From Octopus sinensis (taxonomy: Eukaryota): a DNA stretch of 64,000 nucleotides. Shown piece after piece: positions 13,169 through 26,530 of this stretch. A program made the translations under genes and the position numbers. Each line of letters starts with the position of its first letter. The first letter of the stretch is position 1. Under the pieces are notes generated by a model. That model was not told where the DNA came from. It did not search any database and saw nothing but the letters and a program-made list of their open reading frames with translations. Location: contig NC_043002.1 of assembly GCF_006345805.1 (NCBI RefSeq), positions 14,384,001-14,448,000 on the forward strand, given 5' to 3'.

Positions 13169-13239
13169 CATATATATGCATTGATAGATACATATACATA
13201 AAACGATAAATGCATATATATATATGTATCGATAGATAC

Positions 13240-13392
13240 ATATGCCAGTTGCTTTCAGTTTCCATCTAACAAATCCACCCACAGAAATTCGGGAGACCCG
13301 AGACTATGGCGAAAGACACTTGCCCAAAGTGTCATGCACTCGGAGTGAACATGGTCCTACGTGGTTGGGAAGAGAACTTCATAACACACAGC
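13240..13392 (-). mobile_element. SINE A 5' half, degenerate
   Basis: ctttcagtttccatcta..gacacttgcccaa..acacagcc. Confidence 0.65.
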
Positions 13393-14019
13393 CATATATT
13401 CATCCATTCACACACCGTTTCATCCTTCCCTCCATCCATACATACATACTTGCACACACACACACACCTCGTTTATGAATAGATGAATATATAGACAGAT
13501 AGACAGACAAATGGATAGATTGCTGGACATAGGATCATAGAGATATGATATCATTTCGGCACAAATATAAACATATACATACACTTAAGACGCAGACATT
13601 TTGCAAACACCCGCACATAGAAATGTACATGATAAAAGAGAAAGAACACGAACGAGATTACATATTACCATACCATTTACGATACACTTAATGATTTATC
13701 AATTAGAGGAATAAAACATAATTAACCTAAAGAACATTAATGTTATCTTACTGCAATATATAACATATTGAATATTATAATTTGTGTATATAGTGTGAAG
13801 TAGTTGTATGTAAAGCTAATGTATTTTTTGTTGTATTATTAGGAAGTTCGACTAGAAAATTATCAATATCAATAAGAAAAATATGTATTTTCAACAAAAT
13901 TATAGATAAAATATGGATAAAAGATAAAAGAAGGAACATGAAAGCATTGTTTACGGAAACATGAGGCTAAATGTCTGCGTTGTTTTTTTTAATTAGATTT
14001 TATTTAGATATTCCATTAC

Positions 14020-14084
<65 letters not shown>

Positions 14085-14096
14085 TAAACACATATA

Positions 14097-14138
<42 letters not shown>

Positions 14139-14405
14139 ATATATATGTGTGTGTATGTGTGTGTGTGTGTGTGTACGTATATATGTATGTATGTACACGT
14201 GTGTAGATGCAGAGAGGTGTGTATCTGTGTATAGTGATATCATACCTCAATAGAATTCCTAATAGATACGATGCGTGAATAAATATATCGGTGGTGCAAT
14301 AATAAGGTAGTCTTTAATCTTGTATTTCTTTCATTTTGAAGCAGACTAATTTTATTAATGAGAAACAATAAATAATGTTTGGTAAATAAATATAATGTTA
14401 CCTAG

Positions 14406-14436
<31 letters not shown>

Positions 14437-14460
14437 ACACATGAATATATAGTGCATGTG

Positions 14461-14537
<77 letters not shown>

Positions 14538-14636
14538 GTTTGTGTGTGCATGTCTGGGTGGTGTATATGTATGTACGTATATATATATATGTGTGTGTGT
14601 GTGTGTGCATGTCTGCGTGGTGTATATGTATGTACG

Positions 14637-14668
<32 letters not shown>

Positions 14669-15749
14669 CGTGTGAGTTAGTGTGTGCGAGTGTTTGTTTG
14701 CGTGTGTCTGTATGTGTGTATAATACATATTTATATATTTATGCGTGAGTGAGTGTATATATCTATATATATATATATATATATTGTTCAATTCTCTCCT
14801 GAGATAATAAAACCAATAAAACGAAGGAATAATGGAATAATGTAACAACAATAAACAACAACAACATCATCAACAACAACAACTGTAGCAGCAGTAGCAG
14901 CAGTAGTAGCAACAACAACAACAACTAATAAAATATTAGCAACATGGACAATAACAGCTTAAACAACTGCTGCAATAATATATAATGTAGAATAAATAAA
15001 TATATAAATAAAAGGAAATAAATGGCTATAATGGCTGGCTTAAATCTAGACTCAATCAAAGAGGATTTACGTGTGGTAGCGCCGGGGCTTTCTATGCGCT
15101 CCACTAAACTGTTTTTTTTTTGTTTGTATATAATTCTTACTGGTGTTATGAGAGAAATACACAAACACACACACATAGGTGCGCGCATGCACACACATAT
15201 GTATATATGCATGCATACACACACATGAAAAGTAGTTGAAAGAAAACACATTTGAACTGGAAATTAATTCAACTTTGCAATATTTCTTTAGTAGTGCTCA
15301 ACATTTTATTACACATTTATTTTGAATTTTACCGTTGGCTTGGGGGGAACAGGTCTGGGCGTGGGAATACTCATCTATAAAACATTGAAGTGGTTTTAGT
15401 TCTCATTTTATAATATTCAATATAACGTCCAGATAACATTACAAAATGTCCGTGAACATTAGAGCATTTGATCATTTGTTGTCTAGTGAATATTCTATTT
15501 TAGTTTTGTATTTGATATTTTTATTCCTATTGAATTAATGAGAAACTTGTTAAGTGTTTTCTTTTTATATATTCGTATTTTAACTTTGTTCAAAAATTAT
15601 CACATTAATTCAGAATTCATTTAAAAGCATTGGCAACATACAATGCATTCAAGTTCTATTTTTTTTAAGAACAAAAACAGAATAGTTAATCTGTAAACCA
15701 AGTAAAAATAAAATAAATATTATATACATTTTTTCCATATAATACTAAT

Positions 15750-15970
15750 TTCAATTTTCAATGACTTGTCTAAGATTTCAATGCTTTGCGCCGCTAGAAC
15801 AAGCAGTAAAAATAGGAGACAAATAAAAGAGAAATCATGGAAATGAAGATATTGAAACAAAAACAAAATGTAGGATTGATGAAGCAAATTTGCCATTATA
15901 CCAATTAAGTGAAACACAGATTTCAAGTGCAAAACCAGAAAGATCATTTAAATCCCAGAAACAAATTTTA
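15750..15970 (+). pseudogene. Possible hAT transposase C-terminal (dimerisation) relic
   Basis: ISSAKPERSFKSQKQI resembles the hAT motif SSAxxERSFSxxKxI; nothing else recognisable. Confidence 0.3.
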
Positions 15971-16069
15971 CATAGCTCTCATTCTTTCTTTTCTTCTCTC
16001 CCTTTCTCCTCGTCTCTCCGTCTCCCCCCTCTCTCTCTTCCTCTCACAGACACTTTAACTTTTACCTTT

Positions 16070-16265
16070 TACTTGCTTCTCTCATTAGACAGTGGCCATT
16101 TTGGAACACCGTCCTTAAGAATTCTAATCCGCTGAATCGAACTCGGAGCTTATTTTTTTTAATCCTGGTACTTATTTTATCGCTCTCGTTACCTGAACCG
16201 CTAAATTACGAGGACATAAACACACCAACATCGGCTGTCAAATAATTTTGTGGAAGAAAACACAG
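16070..16265 (-). mobile_element. SINE A 3' half, degenerate
   Basis: ggccattttggaacaccg..gaggacataaacacaccaacatcgg. Confidence 0.65.
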
Positions 16266-16323
16266 ACATAAAACACAAATATATAGATTAATGTATATGT
16301 GTGTGTGTGTGCGTGTGTGTGTG

Positions 16324-16366
<43 letters not shown>

Positions 16367-16869
16367 TAGAGAGAAAGTGTGTGTGCATGCGTGAGTCTAT
16401 GTATAGGTTGTACGTATATTTGTTTTACTTTACGTACATTTTATTGATTACCATAAACATACAAATAATTTTATTGGAAATTTGTGCCGTAAATCGAAAG
16501 AAAACTACATTTTTAATAACCAGGATATTTTCAGTCCGTATTCAGCACTCCTTTCTCATCCAACCAAGAAATCATAAGCCATCGCACGTACACACGCGCT
16601 TTCACAATCAAGCACACATACAGACACAGACACACGCACACACACACACACAGATGCACGTACTTACGCGTGCACACACACACAGAGGTACTTACGCATG
16701 CACACACTCTCATTTACGCATATTCTATTACTCTACGTTCATGCACATGCGCATATACCTACTTATCTACATACATACATACATTCATATATACGTACAT
16801 AAACTTGAGGCCAAACATACAAGAGCTCACAGTCCGGTAGAAGCCATAACCATTTTTCGTATGAATAAG

Positions 16870-17165
16870 TACTGATGGTATGTGGCGGAGAAAACAGCAA
16901 TAGCAGACCAGACATCGTGATTCGGGACAAGGAAGAGAAGCTATGCCCACGGATGCCTACGGATTCCCACGATCTCAACTTAAAGATAGAGATGAAGGAA
17001 AAAGAACAAGAAAACCTACCCTGCACTGCTGAGAAGATTGCCTAAGAATTAATCGTGAGAAATTAGGCTTCACAAAACCAGAAAAGAGAAAACTAATTAG
17101 AAGATTATAGATACAAGCCATCAGTGAAAGTGTCAAAATTTGTTGAAATTTTCAAAAAATTATTA
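16870..17165 (+). pseudogene. RLE-type non-LTR retrotransposon 3' fragment
   Basis: NSRPDIVIRDKEEKLC (PD of the PD-D/ExK nuclease) and LGFTKPEKRKLIRRL.IQAISESVKI. Confidence 0.55.
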
Positions 17166-17884
17166 ATTATATATATAATGCCTATGTCTCGACATGCACC
17201 CATATGCATGAATATACATATATATCAAACAGAAATACAAATTTGCACCTGCACTGACTCGAAATAGTGCACATATACAGGCAAATAAGCACATACCTAT
17301 TTCATGTTATTTAAAACTCCGGAGAAGGCGATTTTGAATTAACTTACAAACCAGCTTTTTAGATTTCTCCGGAAATCGAGAAAGAAAATTGACTATAACA
17401 AAACGAATACTTTTTCAATTAAAATAATGATTCAGTGTAAATTCAGCACATAAAATTTCTCTCAAATTAATGAGAAGCATATTCAAAAGTTTGCCATGTG
17501 ACAAGAACACTCCAGATGTATTAAGATGAACTGATGCAGCAATTTCAAAAACGTCTCTGTGTTTGTTTTGTAATTTTATTTCTTATAGAATATAGATATC
17601 ATTGTTATGAATACTTAGCAAGCATTTCCAAGATGGCAATACATAAAATGAAGAAATATTAAAAGAAGCAATTTATAAACGACTGCACTTATAATTTGTG
17701 CTGAAGTATCTCGCGTTTACTTTGGAGTTTTCTATGATTTTATTGCCTAAGCCATGGAGAATCGCTGTCTCATTCTTTATAAGAGATGCTTCTATGCGTA
17801 TGTGTGCATGTGTGTATACGTGTGCGTGTGTGCGTATGTGTTTATGTATGTATCATATGTGTGTGTGTGTGTTCGTGCATATAT

Positions 17885-18020
17885 TCTTTTATTCTTTTAC
17901 TTGTGTCAGTCATTTGACTGCGACCATGTTGGAGCACCGCCTTTAGTCGAACGGAGTGCATAAACACACCAACATCATCGGTTCTCAAACGATGTTGGGA
18001 GGACAAATACCGACATACAA
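17885..18020 (-). mobile_element. SINE A 3' half
   Basis: cttttacttgtgtcagtcatttgactgcgaccatgttggagcaccgcc. Confidence 0.75.
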
Positions 18021-18051
18021 ATACATAAACATATACATGCATATATATACA

Positions 18052-18098
<47 letters not shown>

Positions 18099-18099
18099 C

Positions 18100-18637
18100 A
18101 GGGATTAGTGGCGTTTGTTTATTAACTCCTCAAAAGTAAGCTTGAAATCAGTTTTGCTCCAGAATGGCGATAAAAGCCTTTCTGTTCTACTGGTCCATGC
18201 AGCTAACATGACAGAAACATACGAGAGCATAAAGCTTGTCAATCATGCAAAAAAATAAGTATAAAGAACAAAAGTGGAATATTTATTGTAACCTAAAGGT
18301 TGTGGCACTTTTACTTGAAATGCAGCTTGGTCACACCAGGTTTTGTTGCCTCCTTTATATGCCTCCTTTGCATATTAGGGTAGGATTGATGAAGAATTTC
18401 GTCAAAGGTATGGATAGAACTGGCAAGAGATTCGTGTATATGAAAACAAATTTTTCAAGAGTAAGCGACGCAGAATCAAGGAGGGTAGTTTTGTTGGGCT
18501 AGAGATTAGGGAGCTGATGAGAGACCAAGAGTGTGGTGAAGAGCGCAAAGATGTTGAGAAAGCTGAGTGGGTGTCACTTAAGAAAGTTTGCAGAGATTTT
18601 TGAGGGAATCATTGAACAGAGAACTATTCCCCCCCCC

Positions 18638-18673
<36 letters not shown>

Positions 18674-19745
18674 CGCACCCACACACATTCCTTGTCTTTG
18701 AAACTCTCTTGTTTTTAAAAATCATGATTCGTCTACCTCTCAACTTCTGTTCTTTCAACATGTGATCTCTTGAGCACCACCAGCAAAAATATTTTTTTCC
18801 TCTGTCTTCCCTTCTCGGGATCTTTCCTTCCGACGAAGAGCTCCTTCCCTTCTTTCCTGAGCGTCAAATAATACTTTATTTGTTCCACGTCCTCGCGTTG
18901 CTGTGTTTTTTTTTCTGTGTTTTCTTGTTTGGATTAAGTTTATATATATATATACATAACTAAAATTACCAGCTGGGTATGTAATATACTTCATTAATTA
19001 TATCATACTTTAGTTAATACTTATATTTATTAAATATGAAGGAACTACACGAGTTTCAGTATTGGAAGATTACTATATATATATATATACAACTGTGATA
19101 GAACTACTGACATCTAACAACGCCTTGAGATGCAATATGAGCCTAAAATCCACTTGTTGAATTCTCACTCGGACTTTCTCCCTACAAATCTTGTGGCCGT
19201 CAGTGACAAACACGGCAAGAGGTTTCAGCAGGACATTCTGAACATGGAAACACGGTACCAAGGAAAGCCTGGATCTTCTATGTTGGCAGATTGTGGTTGG
19301 TTATTAAAAAGGGACAGTCCAGAAGCTAAATACATTCGAAAATCGTAGGCCTCTACATAGTAAAGGTAAGTTTCCATGTATTATCAACCTGATTTATGAA
19401 TTCATGAAATACAATTGTTTATCAATTTACATATGCTATCACAGAAACTTATAGGAAAAAAACTGGAAACATCCTTGAATTCTGCAGATAACATGCTATT
19501 ACGTTCACCTACTTTTGTTTGTGGGAAATAATTTTTCATTAATTCTGCAAACCAATTATAATTGTCAGCCTTGCTTCTGCAATAATAGAGTACATTTATT
19601 GGATAAATTAATTACTCTGTCACATAAAAACCATGCCCGATAGAAAAATTCTAAAAACAGTCTCGAAATCTGTATTAAAAGTACTACAAAGTTCACCTTC
19701 TTTAGTTCATGGGACAGCAAAAAGTTCGAATTCTCTTGACCAGTG
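18100..19745 (+). mobile_element. Decayed DNA transposon, probably Chapaev3-like (CMC); interrupted at ~18625-19085
   Basis: WRLFINSSKVSLKSVLLQNG, WNIYCNLKVVALLLEMQLGHTRFCCLL, PPLHIRVGLMKNFVK, MSLKIHLLNSHSDFLP.NLVAVSDKHGKRFQQDI..YQGK..MLAD..LKRDSPEAKYIRKS; 3' end ttgaccagtg. Superfamily assigned from remembered motifs. Confidence 0.72.
18730..18950 (+). mobile_element. Hammerhead-family (PLE-like) element; ribozyme partly deleted
   Basis: Reverse complement of 60243-60495; ccgacgaagagctcc joined to ttccc, losing gctcgaaacgttaaac. Confidence 0.75.
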
Positions 19746-19884
19746 TAATCAATTCAATAAAATTTCTAAATTAAGTAGAATCTATTTCTGTTCACTTATC
19801 TTTATAGACACAAGTTCCTTCGGCATTTATCTATATTTGGATTGTTTCCAGGATATTTGTCTTCGTGAACAATATAAATGATGA

Positions 19885-20255
19885 AAGAGCTGAATCACCA
19901 GTTCTACTTGCAAAATGAGAAAGTCCTAGCTGTTGATGTAAAACATTGTAGGACAAAAAAAGCCCAAGTATTGGAACAGGATGCTAACTCTCACAACTTG
20001 AGAACAATCTGAAAAATGTGTTTGGTCTTCAAAAATGTAATACTGAATCTATTCTCTCGAACAATGGTACAAAAGTCTTAAGTAGGGAAGATGAAATTCT
20101 GAAAAAATGGGCTGAATATTTTAAATCTATATAAAATCAAGAATCGACAACCGAAGATGATGCCATCAAGAAAACCCTAGTGAGCTATAACTGATTAACT
20201 ATTGGAACGTCCTTCCTTAGACGATATAAATACTACTATCAAAGCACTTTCCCTT
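19885..20255 (+). pseudogene. RTE-clade LINE fragment (EN-RT linker)
   Basis: GTKVLSREDEILKKWAEYFKSI.NQESTTEDDAIKK..PSLDDINTTIKALS. Confidence 0.65.
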
Positions 20256-20646
20256 GTCACTGGGGGTGTCTTGTAATCAAAGTGTCCATAACTGGGGGTT
20301 CATTCATTTATTTATATATTTTTAGTCAGATTCAATTTCATTAGAATTGTATAACTATCATCATTAACATTCAACAGGTTTCTGGTTTTTCACTTGGCTG
20401 ATAACAGAATAATCTATTTTTACAGGTCATGTGACTGGAGGCAGAGGGAGAGAAAGAGAGAGAGAACAACTAAGAATGAGAGACGTTACGGATCATTCAA
20501 CCAGTTAAAATAAATGACTGCTTTGATATCACTAATTAACATAAATCTATTATTTCTTCTTTATCTTCGGTAGACATTTTCTTTCAGATGTTGCTATGAC
20601 TCTACAATTAGGGTGTTTATCATCTGTTTCAATATTGCCATCTTCC

Positions 20647-20647
<1 letters not shown>

Positions 20648-20686
<39 letters not shown>

Positions 20687-20890
20687 TGGTATCAGCACTT
20701 AACGTCTAGCTTCCACGCCGGCATGGGTTGAATGGTCCAACAGGATCTGACGTGCCAGAAGACATCATTAAGCTTCAATGTTTATTTCTATAGCTAGATT
20801 CCCTTCCTAGCATGCCAACCACCTTATAAAGTGTACTGTGTGCTATTTTCATAGCACTGGTACTAAAGAGTCTTCCAAGTAATTAACAAA
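20648..20890 (-). mobile_element. Retroposon 3' fragment with (GAT)n tail, RTE-like
   Basis: (CAT)n followed by ttaacgtctagcttccacgccggcatgggtt; assignment from memory. Confidence 0.4.
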
Positions 20891-21829
20891 ATGAGAAAAG
20901 TCCCTTTCTCTGAGGGGATGCTGGAAGTAATTTTTGGTTTTGTTTTTGCCAGGTGTTAAGAGACTGGGGCATATCAGAGATAGAAAGGAACAGGTGTTAC
21001 ATATTCAAATTTTCTAAATTCAGTGAAGCTTTATCCTTTTAGATCCTGTTAGGGTCGATAAAATAAGTACAGATCGGAATGTGTAACCAGTTCAGTTGAT
21101 CATACAACTGGAATGATCATCCTAGAAACAGAAGAAGATCCATTTCCTTTAGTTTTCGTTTACTTATACACATCAGCAAATTATCGGATTAGGTAATCTA
21201 TGTGTAGTTGTTCAATTTGCTAGAAATAGCAGCCGAATCTACCTAACGCTGTGCTCTAACATTTTAAAAATCAAGGACACATTAAATAATATTGTTCTAC
21301 ATCTTCAGTAACAAAACAGAATGGTTCATTCTGGCGTGGCCTGGGTTTAAACTGAAAGGCAACGGTTGCAAAGAATGTAAACACAGAAAAACTTCACGAA
21401 AGATATGTAAAATATATACGAAAAATCTATGAAAAATATATAGGTATAGGAGCAGCTGTGTGGTAAGTAGCTTGCTTACAAACCACATTCAGAGATGCAT
21501 CGATACACCAAAATTGAAAGCAGTGTGAGTAAAATTAAAGGGGTTGATTTTATGAATCAGTTTAAGTAGATCCTATAATCTGCCATCAACTCTTCACAAC
21601 AGGTATTGGTATGTTCAGGTCCTCGTAAGGTAGCAATTTGCAAAAAAATAAAGAATGTTTCGATAGAAATACTACTACGATTTTTTAAAAATGTATAGGG
21701 TTCGATTCGTTCGACTTAAATTGTTCAAAGGGTTGCCTTAGAATCATTGCCGTGCAATGATTAAATCAAGTAAACAATTTTAACAAAAACCTTTAAACTT
21801 TACGTAAAACTGTTATTATTATCATTACT

Positions 21830-22015
21830 TTATACTTTCTAAACCTTCCTGTATTCCTTGCTTCTCTCCTTGTTTTTTTCTGTGTCCCTTTCTATAGAAG
21901 AGCGTTGGCTCGAAACGTAAAAGCCATTTTCAATTCCTGAGCGTTATACTAATACATCTGTTTGTTTTGTACACCACCTGTCTTCGTCTTTTGTTTTCTT
22001 CGTGAAATCTCCCTA
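21830..22015 (+). mobile_element. PLE-like non-autonomous element with degenerate hammerhead (21888-21923)
   Basis: cttt CTATAGA A GAGC gttg GCTC GAA ACGT A aaag; 3' end abuts (TA)n. Confidence 0.7.
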
Positions 22016-22065
22016 TATATATATACATATATTATATATATAATATAATATATATATATATATAT

Positions 22066-22111
<46 letters not shown>

Positions 22112-22113
<2 letters not shown>

Positions 22114-22325
22114 CGGGAAGCTTTATGAAAATAGACAAAAGACGAAGGCAGGTTTATGGAAATATACAAAAGACGAAGGCAGGTGGAATACAAACAAACA
22201 ATTGTATTAGTATGGCGCTCAGGAAATATAAATAAAACAAGTCTTTAACGTTTCGAGCCTACGCTCTTCAACAGAAAGATACACAGAGAAAAAACACAGA
22301 AAGAAGGAGAGAAAAAAATATTCGT
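22112..22325 (-). mobile_element. PLE-like non-autonomous element, inverted partner of the 21830 copy
   Basis: Roughly 75% identical by eye to 21830-22015; 3' end abuts the same (TA)n. Confidence 0.75.
22242..22279 (-). ncRNA. Minimal type I hammerhead-like motif, core CUGUUGA
   Basis: TCTTT CTGTTGA A GAGC gtag GCTC GAA ACGT T AAAGA: 5-bp stem I, 4-bp stem II, palindromic stem III. Confidence 0.65.
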
Positions 22326-22386
22326 GCAGAGGCTAGCGAATCAACATGGCGGTGTGTGTGTGTGTGTGTATGTATAAATACATACA

Positions 22387-22430
<44 letters not shown>

Positions 22431-22436
22431 ATATAT

Positions 22437-22469
<33 letters not shown>

Positions 22470-22486
22470 GAATGTACACACACACA

Positions 22487-22567
<81 letters not shown>

Positions 22568-22593
22568 CAAAGCAGCAAAAATATAAAAAAAAG

Positions 22594-22661
22594 CTGTTAC
22601 TCAGAGTTTCACGGTCCCGTTCGTCGGACGACAAACGGGGACGTGAAAGTCTGAGTAACAG
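22594..22661 (-). ncRNA. Hammerhead-like motif (core CCGACGA) inside an imperfect fold-back; degenerate second copy on +
   Basis: gt CCGACGA ACG ggac CGT GAA ACTCTGAGT A ac; arms ~22569-22625 and ~22632-22690. Confidence 0.6.
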
Positions 22662-23078
22662 ATCTTTTTAATTATTTTTGTTGCTTTTTTATTAAGCAAT
22701 TACCCTACCTCTGGTATTCGAGTGCTTCATCTCCTGTGTGTGTATAAGAAATGTTTGCTACTTTTAGAAATAGTGTGGGAACTTTGTTGGTGGAGGAGAG
22801 AATTGTGGAACCAAAATGATGTTTTATTTTGTGTCTGGGCTAGGCTGTCATAGTTCAGTCGTTTTCGGGATTGTATAAGAGTTCAAAATTGTGTGTGTGT
22901 GTATGTGTGTCTGTGTGTCTGTGTATGTCTCTGTGCTCCAGCATGGCCGCAGTGAAATGAGGGAAACAAATAAAAGAATATGTATCTACAAGCGGTGCAC
23001 CAGCATGACCTCAGCCCTGGACTGAAACCAGTAAAAGGTAAAAGATATGTAAATATCTATCTCTCCCTCCCCCTATAT

Positions 23079-23135
<57 letters not shown>

Positions 23136-23574
23136 GTATATATGTATGCAAGTATGCATGTATGTACACACATATATATATATATATGTATATGTGTGTA
23201 CAGGTATGTACGTTTATATCTATGTACGCACACACACACACATGCACAGATGTGTGTGTGTGTACAATATCTATAACGGTAAATTCTGGAAGGCATAGTC
23301 TTAGAACTCCCTACGTCCCTTTATACTTCGAAACAGAAGCCTATTAAATATGACTACAAAGGCAACTACAATGACATCTGTAGCGGCAACAACAAGTGTG
23401 ATGACGATTACAACGAACGATAACTGCAGCGACCTCCAGCGTCGCAGGCAAAGAATTACAACAACTTTGATAAAATAATTTCTCACTGACCTTGTTGTGA
23501 CCACCATTCACACCAGATGACCTCATTTATTTATCACTGTAGTCTCCTTTCCACTGAAATGTTGCTTCTTTTTT

Positions 23575-24050
23575 TTTTTTCTTCTTCGTCTCTCCCTCTT
23601 CTTCCCCTTCTTCTCCTTCATCTTCTTCTTCTTCTTCTTCTTCTTCTTCGTCTTCTCCCTCTCCTTCCTCTTCTTCTACTTCTTCTTCTTCTTCTTCTTC
23701 CTCTCCTTCTTCTTCCTCTCCTTCCTCTTCTTCTTCTTCTTCTTCCGCTCCTTCCTCTTCTTCTTCTACTTCTTCTTCTTCTTCCTCTCCTTCCTCTTCT
23801 TCTTCTTCTTCTTCTTCCGCTCCTTCCACTTCTTCTTTTTCTTCTTCTTCCTCTCCTTCCTCTTCTTCTTCTTCTTCTTCTTCTTCTTCTTCTTCTTCTT
23901 CTTCTTCTTCTTCTTCTCTCCTCCTCCTTCTTTTTCTTTTTCTTCTTCTTCTTCTTCTTCCCCTTCTTCTTCATCTCCTTCTTCTTCTCCTTCTACTTCC
24001 TCTATTTCTTCTTCTTCTACTTCTCATCGTCATCATCATCCTTATTATTT
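23575..24050. repeat. (CTT)/(CCT) polypyrimidine compound microsatellite, ~470 bp
   Basis: Direct inspection; source of the poly-E/L/R ORFs. Confidence 0.95.
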
Positions 24051-24892
24051 TTATTATTTAATTTTATTTGTTGGGGTGTGTGAAGTACAGCCGCTACGTT
24101 TGAGCATATCCACACACACACAAAAGCACACGCACTCGTGAACAGACATGAACGCACATATAGCTCCTCCCCACACACACCACACATATACAACACATAT
24201 ACACACAACCACATACACATACACACACATACACACGCACACACACATACACGGGCACACACATGCACTCACACACACACACTCATGCATACATGCGTGG
24301 CACCCACATACACCCACGCGCACACACACACTTAACTACAGGCACATACATATACACGAAGAAATTGCATATATACTCCCCCAGACAAGCCTTCGTTCAC
24401 ACACACATGCACACACACACATACACACGCACATACATACACACACATGTACCTAACCACATACTCACACGCATACACACAGATGCACACGCAAATGAAC
24501 GTACACATACCTACCATACACACACAGCACACAAATTCAGGCACACAATTATACATACATGAACACACACACAAGCACACACACGCCCAGAGACACTGAG
24601 GAATGTACATTTACTCCACTGACAAAACCACACGCGTACACACATACCTCCCATACACTAACAGCACACAGATTCACGCACACAATTATACATACATGAA
24701 CACACACACAAGCACACTGCAAACAAAACTCACGCACGCACACATACTTCTAACTACCAGTTGAACACCTTTCTACTCACTCCTACGCGCATGTTTAGGT
24801 AGACACACAACAGACAGCCACTCCTACCAAAATCGTACTATTAATTTTGCCTGTGACCTTAAACGATACTAAGTTCAACCACACACATGCCT

Positions 24893-25630
24893 CTAAGCAT
24901 TTGGCCTGGCGTGCTAACATTTCTTATTTCTTTACTGCCCACAAGAGGCTACACACAGAGGGGACAAACAAGGACAGACAAACGGATTAAGTCGAATATA
25001 TCGACTCCAGTGCGTAATTGGTACTATTTAATCGACCCTGAAAATATAAAAGGCAAAGTCGACCTCGGCGGAATTTGAGCGCAGAACATAAAGACAGACG
25101 AAATACCTATTTCTTTACTACTCACAAGGGGCTAAACACAGAGAGAATAAACAAGGACAGAGAAACGGATTAAACCGATTATATCGAATCCAGTGTGTAA
25201 CTGGTACTTATTTAATCGACCCCGAATGTATGAAAGGCAAAGTCAACCTCGGCGGAATTTGAACTCAGAACGTAACAGCAGACGAAATACCTGTTTACTT
25301 ACTACCCACAAGGGACTAAACACAGAGAGGACAAACAGGGACAGACAAACGGATTAAGTCGATTATATCGACCCCAGTGCGTAACTGGTAACTAATTTAT
25401 CGACCCCGAAATGATGAAAGGCAAAGTCGACCTCGGTGGAATTTGAACTCAGAACGTAGCCGCAGACGAAACACCGCAAAGCATTTCGCCCGGCGTGCTA
25501 ACGTTTCTTATTTCTTTATTTACCACAAGGGGCTAAACATAAAGGGGACAAACAAGGACAAACGGATTAAGTCGATTATATCGACCTCAGTGCGTAACTG
25601 GCACTTAATTTATCGCCCCCGAAACCGCCT
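24893..25630 (-). mobile_element. SINE B tandem array (about 4 units plus a head fragment)
   Basis: ~185-bp units; junctions at 25108/9, 25292/3 and ~25505. Confidence 0.85.
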
Positions 25631-25921
25631 TAAAAAACGTAAATAATGCAAAAAGAATGATATCACCCGAGGAAAGTAATGAGAATGGTTTCGGCAAAGA
25701 GAGAAATATAATTATAGTTCAAGCGTGGAATAGTTTTGTCATGAGGAAGAGACAAAGGAGTAAATGAGGAGAGAGTGAGAAAATGTGTGTGTGTAAGAGA
25801 GAAAGCGAGAGAATGAGGATGAGCGCGAGAGAAAGAAAGAGGGAGAAAGGACGAGAAAGAAAGAGATCTTCCTCTTTGGAAATATTCTCCTCCAAACCGT
25901 AGACGCATTTTATGAATATCT

Positions 25922-26155
25922 ATTTCTTTACTACCCAAAAGTGGTTAAACACAGAGAGGACAAACAAGGACAGACGAACGGATTAAGTCGATTACATCGA
26001 CCCCATTGCGTAACTGGTACTTAATTTATCGACCCCGAAAGGATGAAAGGCAAAGTCGACCTCGGCGGAATTTGAACTCAGAATGCAGCGGCGGACGAAA
26101 TACCTCAAAGCATTTCGCCCGGCGTGCTAACGTTTCTGCCAGCTCTCCGCCTTGT
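25922..26155 (-). mobile_element. SINE B, full length
   Basis: Head aaggcgg(a)gagctggcagaaacgttagc, B box gagttcaaattcc; 15-bp TSD attttatgaatatct (25907-25921, 26156-26170). Confidence 0.9.
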
Positions 26156-26164
26156 ATTTTATGA

Positions 26165-26530
26165 ATATCTTTTATCTTTTATCTTTTATTTTTACATGTT
26201 AAGATACAGCCATGAAGAATTTTTAGTCAAATGAATCGACTCTAGTAGTTAAATTGTTTTTCTAAAATCTAGTACTAATTCTATCGATCTCTTTGCCGAT
26301 CCACTAAATTACGAGGACGTGAACACACCAACACCAGATTTCAAGTGGTGTGGGGGAAGCAAACACAGACAGACACTTACAAACGCGTGCACACACACAC
26401 ACATAACATATAACGGGTTTCTTTCAGCTTCCTTTCCGAATCCACTCACTTGATCGGTCCGAGGCAGTAGGAGAAAACACTTGGCCAAATTTCCACGCAG
26501 TGGGACTAAGTCCAGAACCATGTGGCTGCG
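26165..26530 (-). mobile_element. SINE A, degenerate near full length
   Basis: Collinear with other SINE A copies. Confidence 0.75.
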
